From assembly GCA_021324655.1 (NCBI GenBank), contig JAJPIP010000060.1, positions 228 through 64,227 on the forward strand: DNA of 64,000 nucleotides, given 5' to 3'. Below are positions 47,021-57,878 of this stretch, in pieces (position 1 is the first letter of the stretch; each line of letters opens with the position of its first letter). A program made the translations under genes and the position numbers. The DNA is from Pseudomonadota bacterium (lineage in GTDB: Bacteria; Chloroflexota; UBA5177). The notes under the pieces are model-generated. The model saw only the letters and a program-made list of their open reading frames with translations, did not search any database and had not been told where the DNA came from.

Positions 47021-48979
47021 GTGGGCCGGCGCGAGTCCGTGCCGGCTGGAGGGGAGGACGTGATCCGAGACGATCGCCTGACGCCGGAGCTTGTCGTCGA
47101 CCTGCCCTGGATACGCGAGGTCCAGCTGTCGCCGCAGGGGCTTATCGCCTACGTGCTCGCGCCCTTCGGCAAGAAGGAAGAGCACGAGCAGAGCGCCATC
47201 TGGGTGGTGCCGGCCGATCCCGCCGGCGGGGAGCCGCGCCAATTCACGGCCGGCGACGCCCACGATCATCAACCGCGCTGGTCGCCGGACGGCACCCGGC
47301 TGGCCTTTCTCTCCGATCGCCGGGAGCGCGGCACGGCGCACATCTACGTCATGCCGGCCGACGGCGGTGAGGCGATCGCTCTCACCGAGGGCAAGAAGGG
47401 AATCACCGACTTCCAGTGGTCCCCGGACGGCACCTGCATCGCCTACACCGGTCCCGACGAGCCGACCGAGGACGATGAGCGGCGTGAGAAGGAGCGGGAT
47501 GATCCCGCCGTCTTCGGCGAGCGCTGGCCATTCGACCGGCTGCGTGTCATCGCGTATCCGGATGGTGAGCCGCGCACCCTGATCGACGGTGATCGTCACG
47601 TCGAGAACTTCTGCTGGCACCCGGATGGACAATCGCTCGCGTGCGTGGTGCGCCCGACGCCGGAGCTGAATGCCCGGCTGGGCCCCGGCACGATCCTAAA
47701 CGTCCCCCTGACCGACGGCACCGAGCAGGAGATCGCCTGCATCACGGGACAGGCGGCTGGTCTCACTTACGGTCCGGACGCCCGATGGTTGCTGTACCAA
47801 CGTCCCGCCTCTGAATTCCACCAGAGCTCGTCGTCCATCTGGCGCCTCCCGGCGTCCGGCGGGGAGCCGGAACGGCTGTGTGGCGGCGAGGTGAACTGCG
47901 CCTTCAATCTCAGCCGGCCGCTGGGCGGCAATCGCCTCGCCTGTCTGGTGGCCGAGGGACTCGACACCGATGTCGCCTGGCTCGATGCCGAGACCGGTCA
48001 CGTCGAGAGCATCTACCGGCCGCCGCAGGGCACCATCGACGACGCCGCGCTGATCATGCGCGACGGACACCCCCTGATAGCCGTGGCGCTCAGCCTCCCC
48101 GACCATCCTGGCGAGATCGACGCCGGAGATCCAGCCGGGGAGCTGACCCGTCGCACCGCACATCATCCCGAGCTGGAAGGAATGACCTTCGGCCGCCAGG
48201 AGGACTTTCACTGGACCGCTCCCGACGGCCTGGAGCTGGACGGCATTCTGATCCGGCCGGTCGGTGACTCCACGTCCCGCCCGGCACCGACCGTCGTTCT
48301 CGTGCATGGCGGACCGTACGGTCGCTGGGAGCGTGACTTTCACCTCAGCTGGGGTGACTGGGGACAGTGGCTCGCCACGGCGGGCTATGCGGTCCTCATG
48401 CCGAATCCGCGGGGCGGTTTCGGACACGGTGAGACCTTCGCCGCCGCGGCGCGAGGCGATGTAGGCGGGGCGGACTGGCTCGACGTGCTTTCGGCGGTTG
48501 ATGCGGCGGTGGAACGGGGTATCGCCGACCCGGAACGGCTCGGCATCGGCGGCTGGAGCCAGGGCGGCTTCATGACCGCCTGGGCCGTGACGCAGACCAA
48601 CCGCTTCAAGGCAGGCGTCGACGGCGCCGGCCCAACCGAATGGGGCTGGATGGCGGCCACCAGCGACATGGGGAGCTTCGAGGCGGAACTGGGCGGCAGC
48701 ACGCCCTGGGAGGGACGCGGTCCGCATCGCCATGCCGAGATCAGTCCTCTCTCCTTTGCCCGTCAGGTCACCACACCGCTCCTGATCGTCCATGGCGAGA
48801 ACGATGAGCGCGTCCCGCTCAGCCAGGCCACCAGCTTCCACCGGGCCCTGCGCGAGAACGGCGCTCCCGTCGAGATGGTGATCTACCCGCGTGAACCGCA
48901 CGGCATCCGCGAACGCAACCACCAGATCGACCTTCTGCGGCGCGTCCGGGACTGGTTCGATACGTATCTGCTGGACTGA
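47021..48979 (+). CDS. S9-family serine peptidase (prolyl oligopeptidase / acylaminoacyl-peptidase type)
   Basis: N-terminal beta-propeller repeats (P.WSPDG.., W.PDG). Catalytic GGWSQGG, HGENDERVP and EPHGI are present. The start may instead be GTG 47060, which follows GGAGGGGAGG. Confidence 0.9.
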   Translation: MGRRESVPAGGEDVIRDDRLTPELVVDLPWIREVQLSPQGLIAYVLAPFGKKEEHEQSAIWVVPADPAGGEPRQFTAGDAHDHQPRWSPDGTRLAFLSDRRERGTAHIYVMPADGGEAIALTEGKKGITDFQWSPDGTCIAYTGPDEPTEDDERREKERDDPAVFGERWPFDRLRVIAYPDGEPRTLIDGDRHVENFCWHPDGQSLACVVRPTPELNARLGPGTILNVPLTDGTEQEIACITGQAAGLTYGPDARWLLYQRPASEFHQSSSSIWRLPASGGEPERLCGGEVNCAFNLSRPLGGNRLACLVAEGLDTDVAWLDAETGHVESIYRPPQGTIDDAALIMRDGHPLIAVALSLPDHPGEIDAGDPAGELTRRTAHHPELEGMTFGRQEDFHWTAPDGLELDGILIRPVGDSTSRPAPTVVLVHGGPYGRWERDFHLSWGDWGQWLATAGYAVLMPNPRGGFGHGETFAAAARGDVGGADWLDVLSAVDAAVERGIADPERLGIGGWSQGGFMTAWAVTQTNRFKAGVDGAGPTEWGWMAATSDMGSFEAELGGSTPWEGRGPHRHAEISPLSFARQVTTPLLIVHGENDERVPLSQATSFHRALRENGAPVEMVIYPREPHGIRERNHQIDLLRRVRDWFDTYLLD

Positions 48980-49012
48980 GTTCAGTCCCACCGGCCCGGT
49001 CCGAAAGGCGGC

Positions 49013-49028
49013 TTGACCTTTTGGTCAA
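49013..49028. promoter_or_regulatory. Operator-like palindrome TTGACC-TTTT-GGTCAA
   Basis: Perfect 6+6 inverted repeat with a 4-nt spacer, 143 nt upstream of ATG 49171. No properly spaced -10 element is evident. Confidence 0.3.
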
Positions 49029-49170
49029 AGTCGCCCGGGATAGTCTCACCTTTCGGAGATGTAACGGTGCGCGATTCCTCTCTCCCCGTGCGGCCGTAAC
49101 CCACTGCGTATGAAGAGGTCAAAGATCACTTCCCACCCTGGGGCTCATCACCACACGAAAGGAGTTACGC

Positions 49171-49650
49171 ATGAAGGCACTCTCTCGCCGGCTTGTCGCA
49201 CCATTCCTCTCTCTGCTGCTCCTGCTCCCTCTCGGAAGCAGCAGTCTTGCCGCCTCCTCCCCGGCGAACGTCCGGAGTCACGCCGGGCGGATGGCCGCGG
49301 TCACCATCTCCATCACCACGACCGGCACGGTCTGGGGCAAAGTCACGAGCAAGTACACGGTCAAAGGGCGGACCACCACCCGCTCCTGTGCGACGGCGAC
49401 CTGCACTCTGCGTGTCCCACGTGGCGCGACCCTGCATCTGTCTCAGTCGCCGATCGATAGCTCGACCTGGCCGTTCAAGGACTGGAAGGTCACGGTCAAT
49501 CACCGGACCAGCACCATGATGGGCAGCGCGATCTCGGTCAAAGTCAGCGGGATCGTCCGCGTGAAGGCAATCTACGTGGTGGCAGGCGGGTCGGGCTACG
49601 GCTCGGGAAGCGGTTCCGGCGGCTCCGGGAGCGGCGCCGGCTGGCCGTGA
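49171..49650 (+). CDS. Secreted protein with one divergent InlB-B-repeat-like domain and a Gly/Ser tail
   Basis: Signal peptide MKALSRRLVAPFLSLLLLLPLGSSSLAA. C..ATCTLRVPRGATLHLSQSP...FKDWKV...VKVSG.VRVKAIY fits the Listeria-Bacteroides repeat pattern. AAAGGAG lies upstream. Confidence 0.6.
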   Translation: MKALSRRLVAPFLSLLLLLPLGSSSLAASSPANVRSHAGRMAAVTISITTTGTVWGKVTSKYTVKGRTTTRSCATATCTLRVPRGATLHLSQSPIDSSTWPFKDWKVTVNHRTSTMMGSAISVKVSGIVRVKAIYVVAGGSGYGSGSGSGGSGSGAGWP

Positions 49651-49894
49651 TCCGGCCTCTGAACACCTGACGCACTCTCTACCTCCTCCGGACGGAGCGG
49701 CGCACGGCCTCCCCTGCGCCGCTCCGCCGTTCTCCTCGACGGCAAACGGTGGTACGCGTCTTGCGGCGTTGCCTTGGTACCAGACGTGGTAGGGCTTCAG
49801 CCCGCCCTCCGCAACGAACCCGGCACCTGACCGAAACTGCCGCGCGTGAACGCCTCGTCTGCCGAGTTGAGGCCAACAATGGGAGGAGCCGGCC

Positions 49895-50353
49895 ATGAGC
49901 GAATCCCGCGCTCCGCACGATCTCCCCGATGCGCTTGCCGCGAACCGGGAAGACCTCCGGCGCCGTTCCCGGGCCGAGCGCATCCACCCTCTCTGGCTCT
50001 GGATCGGCATCCTGGCCGGCCCGCTGTCCTTTCTCATGGTGCGAGTCGCCGGCATCGTCCTTCTCTCCCACGGGTGCGGGCAGACAGCCACCAGGTCCGT
50101 CCTTGGCCTCTCCTCGCCGCAGCTCATCACCACCGGAGTCACGATCCTGGGCGTCCTCATCACGCTGGCGGCGGGCCTGCTCTCCTGGCGCATCTGGCGG
50201 CGGACGAGCCTGGCCGAAGATGAGGTCTCGGCCGGAAACATGCCCCGCGTGCCCTTCTGGGCGCTGGGCGGCATGCTGCTCAACGCCTTCTTCCTGCTCT
50301 TCATCCTGGTCACCGGCGGCACGGCGCTCGTGCTGAGCGCGGGCTGCCCGTAA
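49895..50353 (+). CDS. Hypothetical integral membrane protein (about 4 TM)
   Basis: Hydrophobic segments LWLWIGILAGPLSFLMV, ITTGVTILGVLITLAAGLL and FWALGGMLLNAFFLLFILV. Confidence 0.5.
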   Translation: MSESRAPHDLPDALAANREDLRRRSRAERIHPLWLWIGILAGPLSFLMVRVAGIVLLSHGCGQTATRSVLGLSSPQLITTGVTILGVLITLAAGLLSWRIWRRTSLAEDEVSAGNMPRVPFWALGGMLLNAFFLLFILVTGGTALVLSAGCP

Positions 50354-50354
50354 G

Positions 50355-51560
50355 GTGCGGACGCTCCTCGCCGCCGCCGTCCTGGTGGTGCTGGCCGTCA
50401 TCGCCGGCTTCCTCATCTATGCGCACGTCACCTATCCGACAACCTCGGCCGGCAACGTCCTCGCCGATCTGGTCTCGGCCGAGCAACACCCGCACATCTC
50501 CCTGCACGGCGAGACCATGGCCTTTCTGCCCTACTGGCGCCTGGACAACATCCAGTACGCCCGCTACGACCTCCTCTCGGAGGTCAACTTCTTCAGCCTC
50601 ACCATCGGACCCGACGGGCACATCGTCCAGATCATCGGCAATCAAACCGAGCCGGGCTGGCGCTGGTGGAACACGCCCCAGGTCGAGGACCTGATCCCCC
50701 GAGTGCAGATCGCCGGTGCCACCTTCGGCCTCACCCTCGCCATGCTGAACAACAGCGACATCCGGTCCTTCCTGGCCGGCCCGAGCGCGCAAGAGAATCT
50801 GATCGCCGACACGGTGGCGCAGGTCCGGGCCCGCCGGCTGAACGCGATCACCCTGGACGTTGAGTATGCCGGCACTCCGCCCGCCGTGGACCGCCGCGAG
50901 TTCACTTCCTTCGCGGAGCGCTTTTCCCTGGCCCTGCGGCAGCGTGCACCGGGCGTCCAGCTCAGCCTGACGCTCCCGCCCGAGGCCGGCCGGGACCGCG
51001 GCCTCTTCAACCTCCCCGCTCTGGCTCCCCTTTTCGACCGTTTCATCGGCATGACGTACGACTACTACAACTCCAGCACTGCCGTGGCGGGACCGGAGGC
51101 ACCGATGCGCGGGTTCTCGCCGCACCGGTACATCTTCGACGTCACCACTGCCTACCGGGACTATCTGCTCGCCATTCCACGCACGAAGATCGTGATGGGC
51201 ATCCCGTATTCCGGCTGGGACTGGGCCGTGCGCAAGGGGAAAGGACTACTGCGCCCCGTCCTGCCGCCGAGTAATCCCCACAGCTACGCCGCCATCCTCT
51301 CCTACGGCAGGATGCGCAGCTTCGCGGCGCTCAACGGGGCGCAATGCCGGTGGATCAAAGACGCGGAGGAGCCGCACTGCTGGTACACGGACGGCACGGG
51401 CACCCGGCACTCGGTGTGGTTTGAGAACGACCGCTCGATTGCGGTGAAGGACGCCTACGCCCGCGCGCAGGGCTTCGCCGGCATCGCCATCTGGGTCCTC
51501 GGCTACGACAGCAAGTATCCCAACCTGTGGGACATCCTGCGCCGGACGCTCCAGCGATGA
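50355..51560 (+). CDS. Membrane-anchored glycoside hydrolase family 18-like protein (YaaH/YdhD-type)
   Basis: N-terminal TM anchor. LNAITLDVEY (D-x-E catalytic-type motif), MTYDYY and IAIWVLGYD blocks. Confidence 0.7.
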   Translation: MRTLLAAAVLVVLAVIAGFLIYAHVTYPTTSAGNVLADLVSAEQHPHISLHGETMAFLPYWRLDNIQYARYDLLSEVNFFSLTIGPDGHIVQIIGNQTEPGWRWWNTPQVEDLIPRVQIAGATFGLTLAMLNNSDIRSFLAGPSAQENLIADTVAQVRARRLNAITLDVEYAGTPPAVDRREFTSFAERFSLALRQRAPGVQLSLTLPPEAGRDRGLFNLPALAPLFDRFIGMTYDYYNSSTAVAGPEAPMRGFSPHRYIFDVTTAYRDYLLAIPRTKIVMGIPYSGWDWAVRKGKGLLRPVLPPSNPHSYAAILSYGRMRSFAALNGAQCRWIKDAEEPHCWYTDGTGTRHSVWFENDRSIAVKDAYARAQGFAGIAIWVLGYDSKYPNLWDILRRTLQR

Positions 51561-51984
51561 CGGTTAGCAGTCGCGTCTCGTGTGAATGACGTCCGCCGTT
51601 ACCAGCTGTGTCGTCACGGCTGAGTCCGCTCATCTGGAACCGCGGGGCGTGGATGATCCGATCATCCTCCCGGAGGCTAGGGGGGACTGGTTATTCCCGG
51701 CGTTGACTCCAGCCGCTTCTGAGGCCGGAGACCGAGACCAACTCGCAGACGCTTAGGAATGCCTTTCCAAACTTGTAGGGCTGGTACGTGACCGGGCGGC
51801 CGCTCTGCAGTCGGGACTTGAAGTACGCGCGCGCCCCGCGAGTGACCATGCCCGGTCCGGGCCCGCCTACCTCGAGCGCTTGCGCACGGAGGCCACTGGC
51901 AGGCGACCAGCCTCACCGTGTATAGTCCTCATCGCTGCGTCTTCACAGATGCGACGACTTGACCATTGAGGAGAATAAACGTCT

Positions 51985-54900
51985 ATGAAGACGCAGTTAC
52001 CGGTTGGACTGCGGATCTTGGTCATGGGTGCGGCGGTTGTAGCGCCGCTCGCGACCGGGCGGTCCCTTGCCTCGCCGGCCACGCCCGCCCCTGCCGGTCT
52101 CAGCGTCTTCCATGGCAACCCGGCCCACACGCCACTCTATCTCGCTTCCTATCGTCGATTCCGCCACGCGGCTAGAGATCCGCGGCGGCGTCTGCCGGCC
52201 CACAAGCACCGCTTCCGTGCTTCGCTCAGCTCCGCCTGTGCGCCCGGATGGACCTGCCGCGATATCGGCACACCGCTGACAGCTGGCGGTGACTCCTTCG
52301 ATGGTACGACCTGGACGCTCGAGGGGAGTGGGGATCTCGGTGGGTCTAGCGACAGCTATCACTTCGTGTGGCAGAACTGGGGGAACGCTAGCACCGCGAC
52401 GGCCACGGCTCACGTTGCCTCCATCACGGGGACAGGCGCGGACGTCTCGGCCGGCGTCATGATGCGGGATGGCACCGACCCAACCGCCAACTTTTATTCG
52501 GTCAGCATCACGGCAGGCAACCAGATTCATGTCTGGTACCGCAATACGTTTGGTACCTCGGTCGTCTCCGCCCCGGTGCCCAGCGGGACAACCGCCGCCT
52601 ACATTCAGATCCAGCGAACTGGCTTCCTCTTTACGGCAGCGACCTCATCCACCGGCGCGCCGGGCAGCTTTACGACGGTTCCCGGTACAGCGATCGGTGT
52701 CGATATGGCAACCACCTTGGCCGGCCTCTACGTGACAAGCGGTGACAGCAGTCTCACGACAGCCACCTTTGATGGGGTCAGCACGAGTGGCGGAGGAACA
52801 CCGGTCACAGACTGCCCGAGCAATTGGGCCTGCCAGGATATCGGCAATCCTACGCCGGCCGGGACGCAGCACGCGACAGTCGATGGGTCGGCATGGGCAC
52901 TCGACGGCTGGGGCTACGGCCTCCTCTATAACTCCGGCAGCGGCAACAGTAACGACCAGTTCCGCTATGGATACCAGTACTTCAATGGGGGCGGTGCGAT
53001 CACCGCGCGCGTCACCTTCAACACGCAGCAGGTCAACGGGAGCGAAGAAGAGACGGGGCTGATGTTCCGGCAGAGCACCGCCGGGGCCAGTCAGTACTAC
53101 GGCATCTTTGCCCGCGGCGGGTCGGGTGTCGCGGTCCAGTTCCGCGGGTGCGGCTATGCACCGACCTGTGACCTGAACACCCCATCCAGTTGCTACGACA
53201 GCAGCGCCACGCTGCCGATTTATCTGCGCCTGACGTGGTCCGGAGGCAATACCTTCACCGCAAGCGATTCCCCGGACGGCATCACCTGGAAGACGATTCC
53301 GTGCCCGGTCAGTAACGGCGCCGGCACCATCCTCTGGCCATTCAGCAATGTCGCGTTGGGAGGACTGGTCAATGCGACCGCAACCCACCCGACGCTCGGC
53401 ACCTTCGACAACGTGTCGGTCCAGGGTGGCCTGGGACCGACGGCGCCCGAAGTGGGCAGCCCGACCGAGCATGGCACCACCTGCGACTGCGGCCAGCCGG
53501 TCAACATGGCGACCGGCTCCTTCTGGCACACCTTCAGTGACATCGCGATCCCGGGCCGGGGCCTCCCGCTGGATCTGACGCACACGTATCGCTCGCTCCT
53601 GGTGAGCCAGGATAGCCCGCTCGGATTCGGCTGGACCGACAGCTACAACATGTTCCTCTCCTCCAACGCCGATGGCTCGATCGGCGTCCACGAGGAGAGC
53701 GGCACCGTCGTGACCTTCGCTTCGAATGGATCCGGATACCAAGCGCCTAGCCGCGTCCTGGGCACATTGACAACTAACAGTGACGGCACTCTCACCTTCA
53801 AGCGGAATGACCAGACCAGCTACGTGTTCTCCGCACCGACGCCGTCGACCGCCGGGCGGCTCCTGAAAGAGATCGATCGCAACGGGTACACGACGAGCCT
53901 CAGCTATAACGGGAGCGGCCAACTCACCACAGTGACCGACCCGGCGGGCCGGACCCTCTTCTTCACGTACAATGCTGCCAACCGCATCCAGAGTGTCGCC
54001 GATCAGAGCGAGCGGCAGGTGTCGTTTGGGTACGACAACAACGGCAACCTCACGACGGCGACCGACACGCGGAACGGTACTTGGTACTTCACCTACGACG
54101 CCAACCACGAACTGCTCACGATGGAGGATCCCCGCCAGTACGCCCTCCACGGACCACTCTCCAGCGGGCCGGTCGCCACCAACGTCTATGACGACGTGGG
54201 GCGCGTGACGCAGCAGACGGATGCCATAGGGCGGGCGACACAGTTTGCCTACGCGATGAATAGCGACGGGACACATCGGACGACCATCACCGATCCCAAG
54301 GGGAACGTGACGGTTCAGGTCTACCAGAACAACGAGCTGGTGTCCCTGACGAAGGGTGAAGGGACCTCCCAGCAGGCCACCTGGACCTACACCTATGATC
54401 CCGCGACCCTCGGCGTCACCTCGGTCACCGATCCCAACAATCACACCTGGAACTACGCCTGGGACTCCAACGGGAGTCTGCTCACGACAGCACAGCCCCT
54501 TGTGAGCGGGGAAAGTTCGCGGCGCACGACCACTTACACCTACAACGCCTTCAACGAGCCACTCACCATCCAGGATCCGTCCGGCATCACCACGACGCTC
54601 ACCTATGATGCCAACGGCAACCTCGAGACGATCTCGCGTCCCCTGAACGGGATGCAGCCATCAGCGCCGACGCGCACACAATCCGGCATTTGCATCGGAT
54701 CGTGCCCGACGCCCACCCCGACCCCCACACCGTTTGAGGGCAAGAGCACGCCGACGCCGACACCCCGCGCGACCGCCACCCCCACGCCGCGTCCCACGGC
54801 CACGAGCACGCCTCGCCCCACCGCCACGAGGACCCCGCTTCCCACCCCCACGGGTACGCCCCTTCCCACGGCGACCAATACGCCTCTCCCGACCCCAACG

Positions 54901-57501
54901 AACACCCCCCTCCCGACCGCCACCAACACGCCGGCGCCCACCGCCACCAATACCCCGCTGCCCACCGCAACCGCCACCAGCACGCCAACCAACACGCCAA
55001 CGCCGCTGCCGACGCCCACCCTGGGGCCGTCATCAGCCTGCACCGTGTCGACACCGACACCGCCCTCGACCACGAGCCAGGTCATCACCTTCCAGTACGG
55101 GGACAGCACCCACCCCGGCGATGTGACTGGCTACGTCGATCCCAAAGGCAACACCACGACCTTCCAGTACGACAGCAATGGCGATCTCACCCAGGTCTGT
55201 GATCCCCTCGGCAACGAGACCACGTACGGGTACGACGGCATGGGCCGGATGACCTCCATGGTCAGCCCCAAGGGCAACGCCCCCGGCAGCAATCCAGCGT
55301 CCTTCACGTCGAGTTACATCGATAACGCCGCCAACCAGGTCACGCAGGTGACCGATCCCCTCGGCCACATCACGAGCGACCAGTACGATGAGAACGGCAA
55401 TCTGATCCAGACCACCGATCCCCGCACCAACCTCACGACCTATGGGTATGATGCCGACAACGAGCTCACGAGCGTGACCCGGGCGAACACCCCGCCGCTG
55501 ACCTATGGGTATGACGGGGACGGCAACCTCCAGACCGAGTCCAACGGCCTGAGCAAGACGACGACCTACGGGTACGATCCGCTGGACCGCCTGAGTTCGG
55601 TCACCGATCCCCTCAGCCGGACGACGGCCTACGGATACGATGGCGCCGGCAACCTCACCTCGGTCCAGGACGCCCTGCAGCGGACCACGACCTACGGCTA
55701 CGACGCCGTCAACGAGCTGACCTCAATCACCTACTCGGACGGGACAACCCATAACGTCTCCTACGGCTACACCCCGGATGGACTGCTCGCCAGCATGACC
55801 GACGGGACGGGGTCCAGCTCCTTCCTCTATGACTCTCTGAATCGCCTGGTGCAGGCCACCGATGGGGCGGGCCAGGTGGTTAAGTACGGTTACGACCTCG
55901 CCAACAACCTGACGAGTCTCACCTACCCCAATACCGAGGTGGTCAGCCGAGGCTACGATGCCGACAACCGTCTGACGAGTGTCGCTGACTGGCTGAGCCA
56001 CACAACCTCGTTCGGCTACGACCCGAACAGCAATCTCACCAGCGAGACCTACCCTAACGGGACGGCTGCCAACTTCTCCTTCGATAACGCCGACACCCTG
56101 ACCCAGATCGCCGACACGAAGGGTGGCGCCCCCTTGTGGACCTTCGGCTACACGCGCGATCCCAACGAACAGGTCCAGACCAGCACCGATCCCTTGCAAA
56201 GTGCAACTCACACCTACAGTTACGATGCCCTCAACCGTCTGACCGGCGACAGCCAGGGATCCAACAACACGACGACCTGGGGGTACGACAACGCCGACCA
56301 GCTGCAGACGGTGACGAACACGGCGGCCAACACGGCCAGCACCTATCAGGACGATCCGGCTGGCGAGCTGACAAGTCTGGTCACGACCACGGGGAGCACC
56401 ACCACCCAGAACCTGACTGTGGGGTACAACGCCAAGGGAGACCGGACCAGTCAGAGCGACAGCGTGAGCGGGACGAGCACCAGCTTCGGCTACAACCAGG
56501 CCGATGAGCTGACGGGCTTCGCCCGCGGGAGCACCACGGCGAATTACGCCTACGACGGGACCGGATTGCGCATGAGCAAGACCGTGAACGGGACGACCAG
56601 CCAGACCACCTGGGATCGGGCAGAGGGGATGCCGCTGGTCCTGGTTGATGGCAGCACCAGCTACCTGACCGGTCCGGATGGTCTCCCCCTCGAGCAGATC
56701 GACGGGAGCGGCAATGCTCTCTACGACTACCAGGACCAACTGGGCAGCACCCGGGGGATGGCCGATAGCAGCGGGAATGTCATGGCCACCTTCAGTTACG
56801 ACGCCTATGGCAACCTGACAAGTGCCACCGGGACGGTCACCACCCCCTTTGGCTATGCCGGCCAGTACACGGACGCCGAGTCGGGTCTGCAGTACCTGCG
56901 GAACCGGTACTACGATCCCAGCACGGAGCAGTTCCTGACTGTCGACCCGCTGGTCGGGCAGACTCAGCAGCCGTATGGCTATGCGGGGGACAACCCGGTG
57001 AACTGGGATGATCCCTCCGGCCTGTGCTCGTTAGGGCCAATAAAGACGCCATTCTGGGGTAGAGGACCGTGCTTCCATCTGCCAAACCGAGGACCAGACT
57101 ACGTGACTGTTCAAGTTCAGGTGGGACCTATCGTAGGGGCGCAGGCCGGCGTGACCGTCACCCGCTACGGGCAGATCTACGGCGATGCGGGCGCGAATGT
57201 CGGCACACCGGGGCTCGCCGTCACCGGAGGAGCGGGGTGGATCAACCAGGCGCAGCCTCCATTGCCGTGCCAGATCAACGCTTTTGTGGGGGGCTGGAGC
57301 GTTTCGGGGAGCGTGACCCTCGACGCCGGAACCGGCGTCACGTGGGGTCAGCCGTGGGAGCCTTTTGGCTGGAACACGCCGAGCATGAAGCAGAGTGACT
57401 TCGCTTACGAGGCACTTTTTGGCACACCTCAAGCCGGGATTTCTGACACGTATGCCGTCAACCGATTTCCCTGGTCTCGCTCCCCCTGGCGATTACCTTG
57501 A
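51985..57501 (+). CDS. Rhs/YD-repeat polymorphic toxin with a Sec signal peptide (1,838 aa)
   Basis: GAGGAG lies upstream. Signal peptide [29 protein letters not shown]. Two ~190-aa internal repeats, then [25 protein letters not shown] (Rhs N-terminal plug). Dozens of YD repeats (Y.YD..G.L....D..G). The core ends [19 protein letters not shown]...[19 protein letters not shown] (57007-57027). A unique 157-aa tail follows. Confidence 0.95.
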   Translation: MKTQLPVGLRILVMGAAVVAPLATGRSLASPATPAPAGLSVFHGNPAHTPLYLASYRRFRHAARDPRRRLPAHKHRFRASLSSACAPGWTCRDIGTPLTAGGDSFDGTTWTLEGSGDLGGSSDSYHFVWQNWGNASTATATAHVASITGTGADVSAGVMMRDGTDPTANFYSVSITAGNQIHVWYRNTFGTSVVSAPVPSGTTAAYIQIQRTGFLFTAATSSTGAPGSFTTVPGTAIGVDMATTLAGLYVTSGDSSLTTATFDGVSTSGGGTPVTDCPSNWACQDIGNPTPAGTQHATVDGSAWALDGWGYGLLYNSGSGNSNDQFRYGYQYFNGGGAITARVTFNTQQVNGSEEETGLMFRQSTAGASQYYGIFARGGSGVAVQFRGCGYAPTCDLNTPSSCYDSSATLPIYLRLTWSGGNTFTASDSPDGITWKTIPCPVSNGAGTILWPFSNVALGGLVNATATHPTLGTFDNVSVQGGLGPTAPEVGSPTEHGTTCDCGQPVNMATGSFWHTFSDIAIPGRGLPLDLTHTYRSLLVSQDSPLGFGWTDSYNMFLSSNADGSIGVHEESGTVVTFASNGSGYQAPSRVLGTLTTNSDGTLTFKRNDQTSYVFSAPTPSTAGRLLKEIDRNGYTTSLSYNGSGQLTTVTDPAGRTLFFTYNAANRIQSVADQSERQVSFGYDNNGNLTTATDTRNGTWYFTYDANHELLTMEDPRQYALHGPLSSGPVATNVYDDVGRVTQQTDAIGRATQFAYAMNSDGTHRTTITDPKGNVTVQVYQNNELVSLTKGEGTSQQATWTYTYDPATLGVTSVTDPNNHTWNYAWDSNGSLLTTAQPLVSGESSRRTTTYTYNAFNEPLTIQDPSGITTTLTYDANGNLETISRPLNGMQPSAPTRTQSGICIGSCPTPTPTPTPFEGKSTPTPTPRATATPTPRPTATSTPRPTATRTPLPTPTGTPLPTATNTPLPTPTNTPLPTATNTPAPTATNTPLPTATATSTPTNTPTPLPTPTLGPSSACTVSTPTPPSTTSQVITFQYGDSTHPGDVTGYVDPKGNTTTFQYDSNGDLTQVCDPLGNETTYGYDGMGRMTSMVSPKGNAPGSNPASFTSSYIDNAANQVTQVTDPLGHITSDQYDENGNLIQTTDPRTNLTTYGYDADNELTSVTRANTPPLTYGYDGDGNLQTESNGLSKTTTYGYDPLDRLSSVTDPLSRTTAYGYDGAGNLTSVQDALQRTTTYGYDAVNELTSITYSDGTTHNVSYGYTPDGLLASMTDGTGSSSFLYDSLNRLVQATDGAGQVVKYGYDLANNLTSLTYPNTEVVSRGYDADNRLTSVADWLSHTTSFGYDPNSNLTSETYPNGTAANFSFDNADTLTQIADTKGGAPLWTFGYTRDPNEQVQTSTDPLQSATHTYSYDALNRLTGDSQGSNNTTTWGYDNADQLQTVTNTAANTASTYQDDPAGELTSLVTTTGSTTTQNLTVGYNAKGDRTSQSDSVSGTSTSFGYNQADELTGFARGSTTANYAYDGTGLRMSKTVNGTTSQTTWDRAEGMPLVLVDGSTSYLTGPDGLPLEQIDGSGNALYDYQDQLGSTRGMADSSGNVMATFSYDAYGNLTSATGTVTTPFGYAGQYTDAESGLQYLRNRYYDPSTEQFLTVDPLVGQTQQPYGYAGDNPVNWDDPSGLCSLGPIKTPFWGRGPCFHLPNRGPDYVTVQVQVGPIVGAQAGVTVTRYGQIYGDAGANVGTPGLAVTGGAGWINQAQPPLPCQINAFVGGWSVSGSVTLDAGTGVTWGQPWEPFGWNTPSMKQSDFAYEALFGTPQAGISDTYAVNRFPWSRSPWRLP
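54706..55077 (+). repeat. Pro/Thr-rich low-complexity insert (~124 aa) inside the Rhs repeat region
   Basis: [53 protein letters not shown], then four 8-residue units P-T-[AP]-T-N-T-P-[LA] (about 54864-54970). The insert is flanked by Cys residues (GICIGSC ... SSAC). Confidence 0.9.
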
Positions 57502-57878
57502 TGCCACGAAACGAGGACACGCCTACTCTGACCACGTGGCCACGGGCGTCTGCTCCGGCGGCGCTCAAATGGTGGAACCGCCTCACGCTTGCACTGCTGG
57601 CTGTATTCCTCGTGGCGGGCGCGACGACGCGAAGTAAGAGGCCGGCGGGCGTTGTTCTAGTGCTGGGCGGGCTCGTTCAGGTGGTGTTCGGCCTAGCCCT
57701 AGTGCTCAACTACAGAGAGTTCACCGACAGAGTGGCTCACTACTATGCGCATCGTCCACTCATGCTAGGGGGGCACATTCTTAACCGCAGTGTGAAGCTG
57801 ACCCGCATCGAGGGCCTCGCGATGGTATCCGCGGGGCTCGTGCTGTCCTCCCTCGGGGTACTTCTTCTCGTGACATGA
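57501..57878 (+). CDS. Putative immunity protein 1 (3-TM membrane protein, 125 aa)
   Basis: The ATG overlaps the Rhs stop (TGATG). Hydrophobic segments LTLALLAVFLVAGATT, VVLVLGGLVQVVFGLALVL and LAMVSAGLVLSSLGVLLLV. The immunity role is inferred from position only. Confidence 0.6.
   Translation: MPRNEDTPTLTTWPRASAPAALKWWNRLTLALLAVFLVAGATTRSKRPAGVVLVLGGLVQVVFGLALVLNYREFTDRVAHYYAHRPLMLGGHILNRSVKLTRIEGLAMVSAGLVLSSLGVLLLVT

Noticed and set aside
51561-51984. 424-bp region upstream of rhs with a 79-aa minus-strand ORF (51677-51916) and another stop-to-stop frame (...AYFKSRLQSGRPVTYQPYKFGKAFLSVCE...)
   Set aside because: I found no start/SD support, no recognisable family and mixed composition. 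It may be a degraded gene fragment or just a promoter region, and I cannot support a call.
52645-54444. 599-aa minus-strand ORF, and several other alternate-frame ORFs, inside the rhs gene
   Set aside because: The plus-strand frame has continuous YD repeats. The antisense product has no features. The Gly/Val or Pro/Arg ORFs at 54599-55126 are merely other frames of the Pro/Thr tract.
54864-54970. Short tandem periodicity that could be mistaken for a CRISPR or VNTR locus
   Set aside because: The period is 24 nt with no spacers, and it is in frame within the rhs ORF, encoding PTATNTPL units. This is a coding low-complexity repeat.
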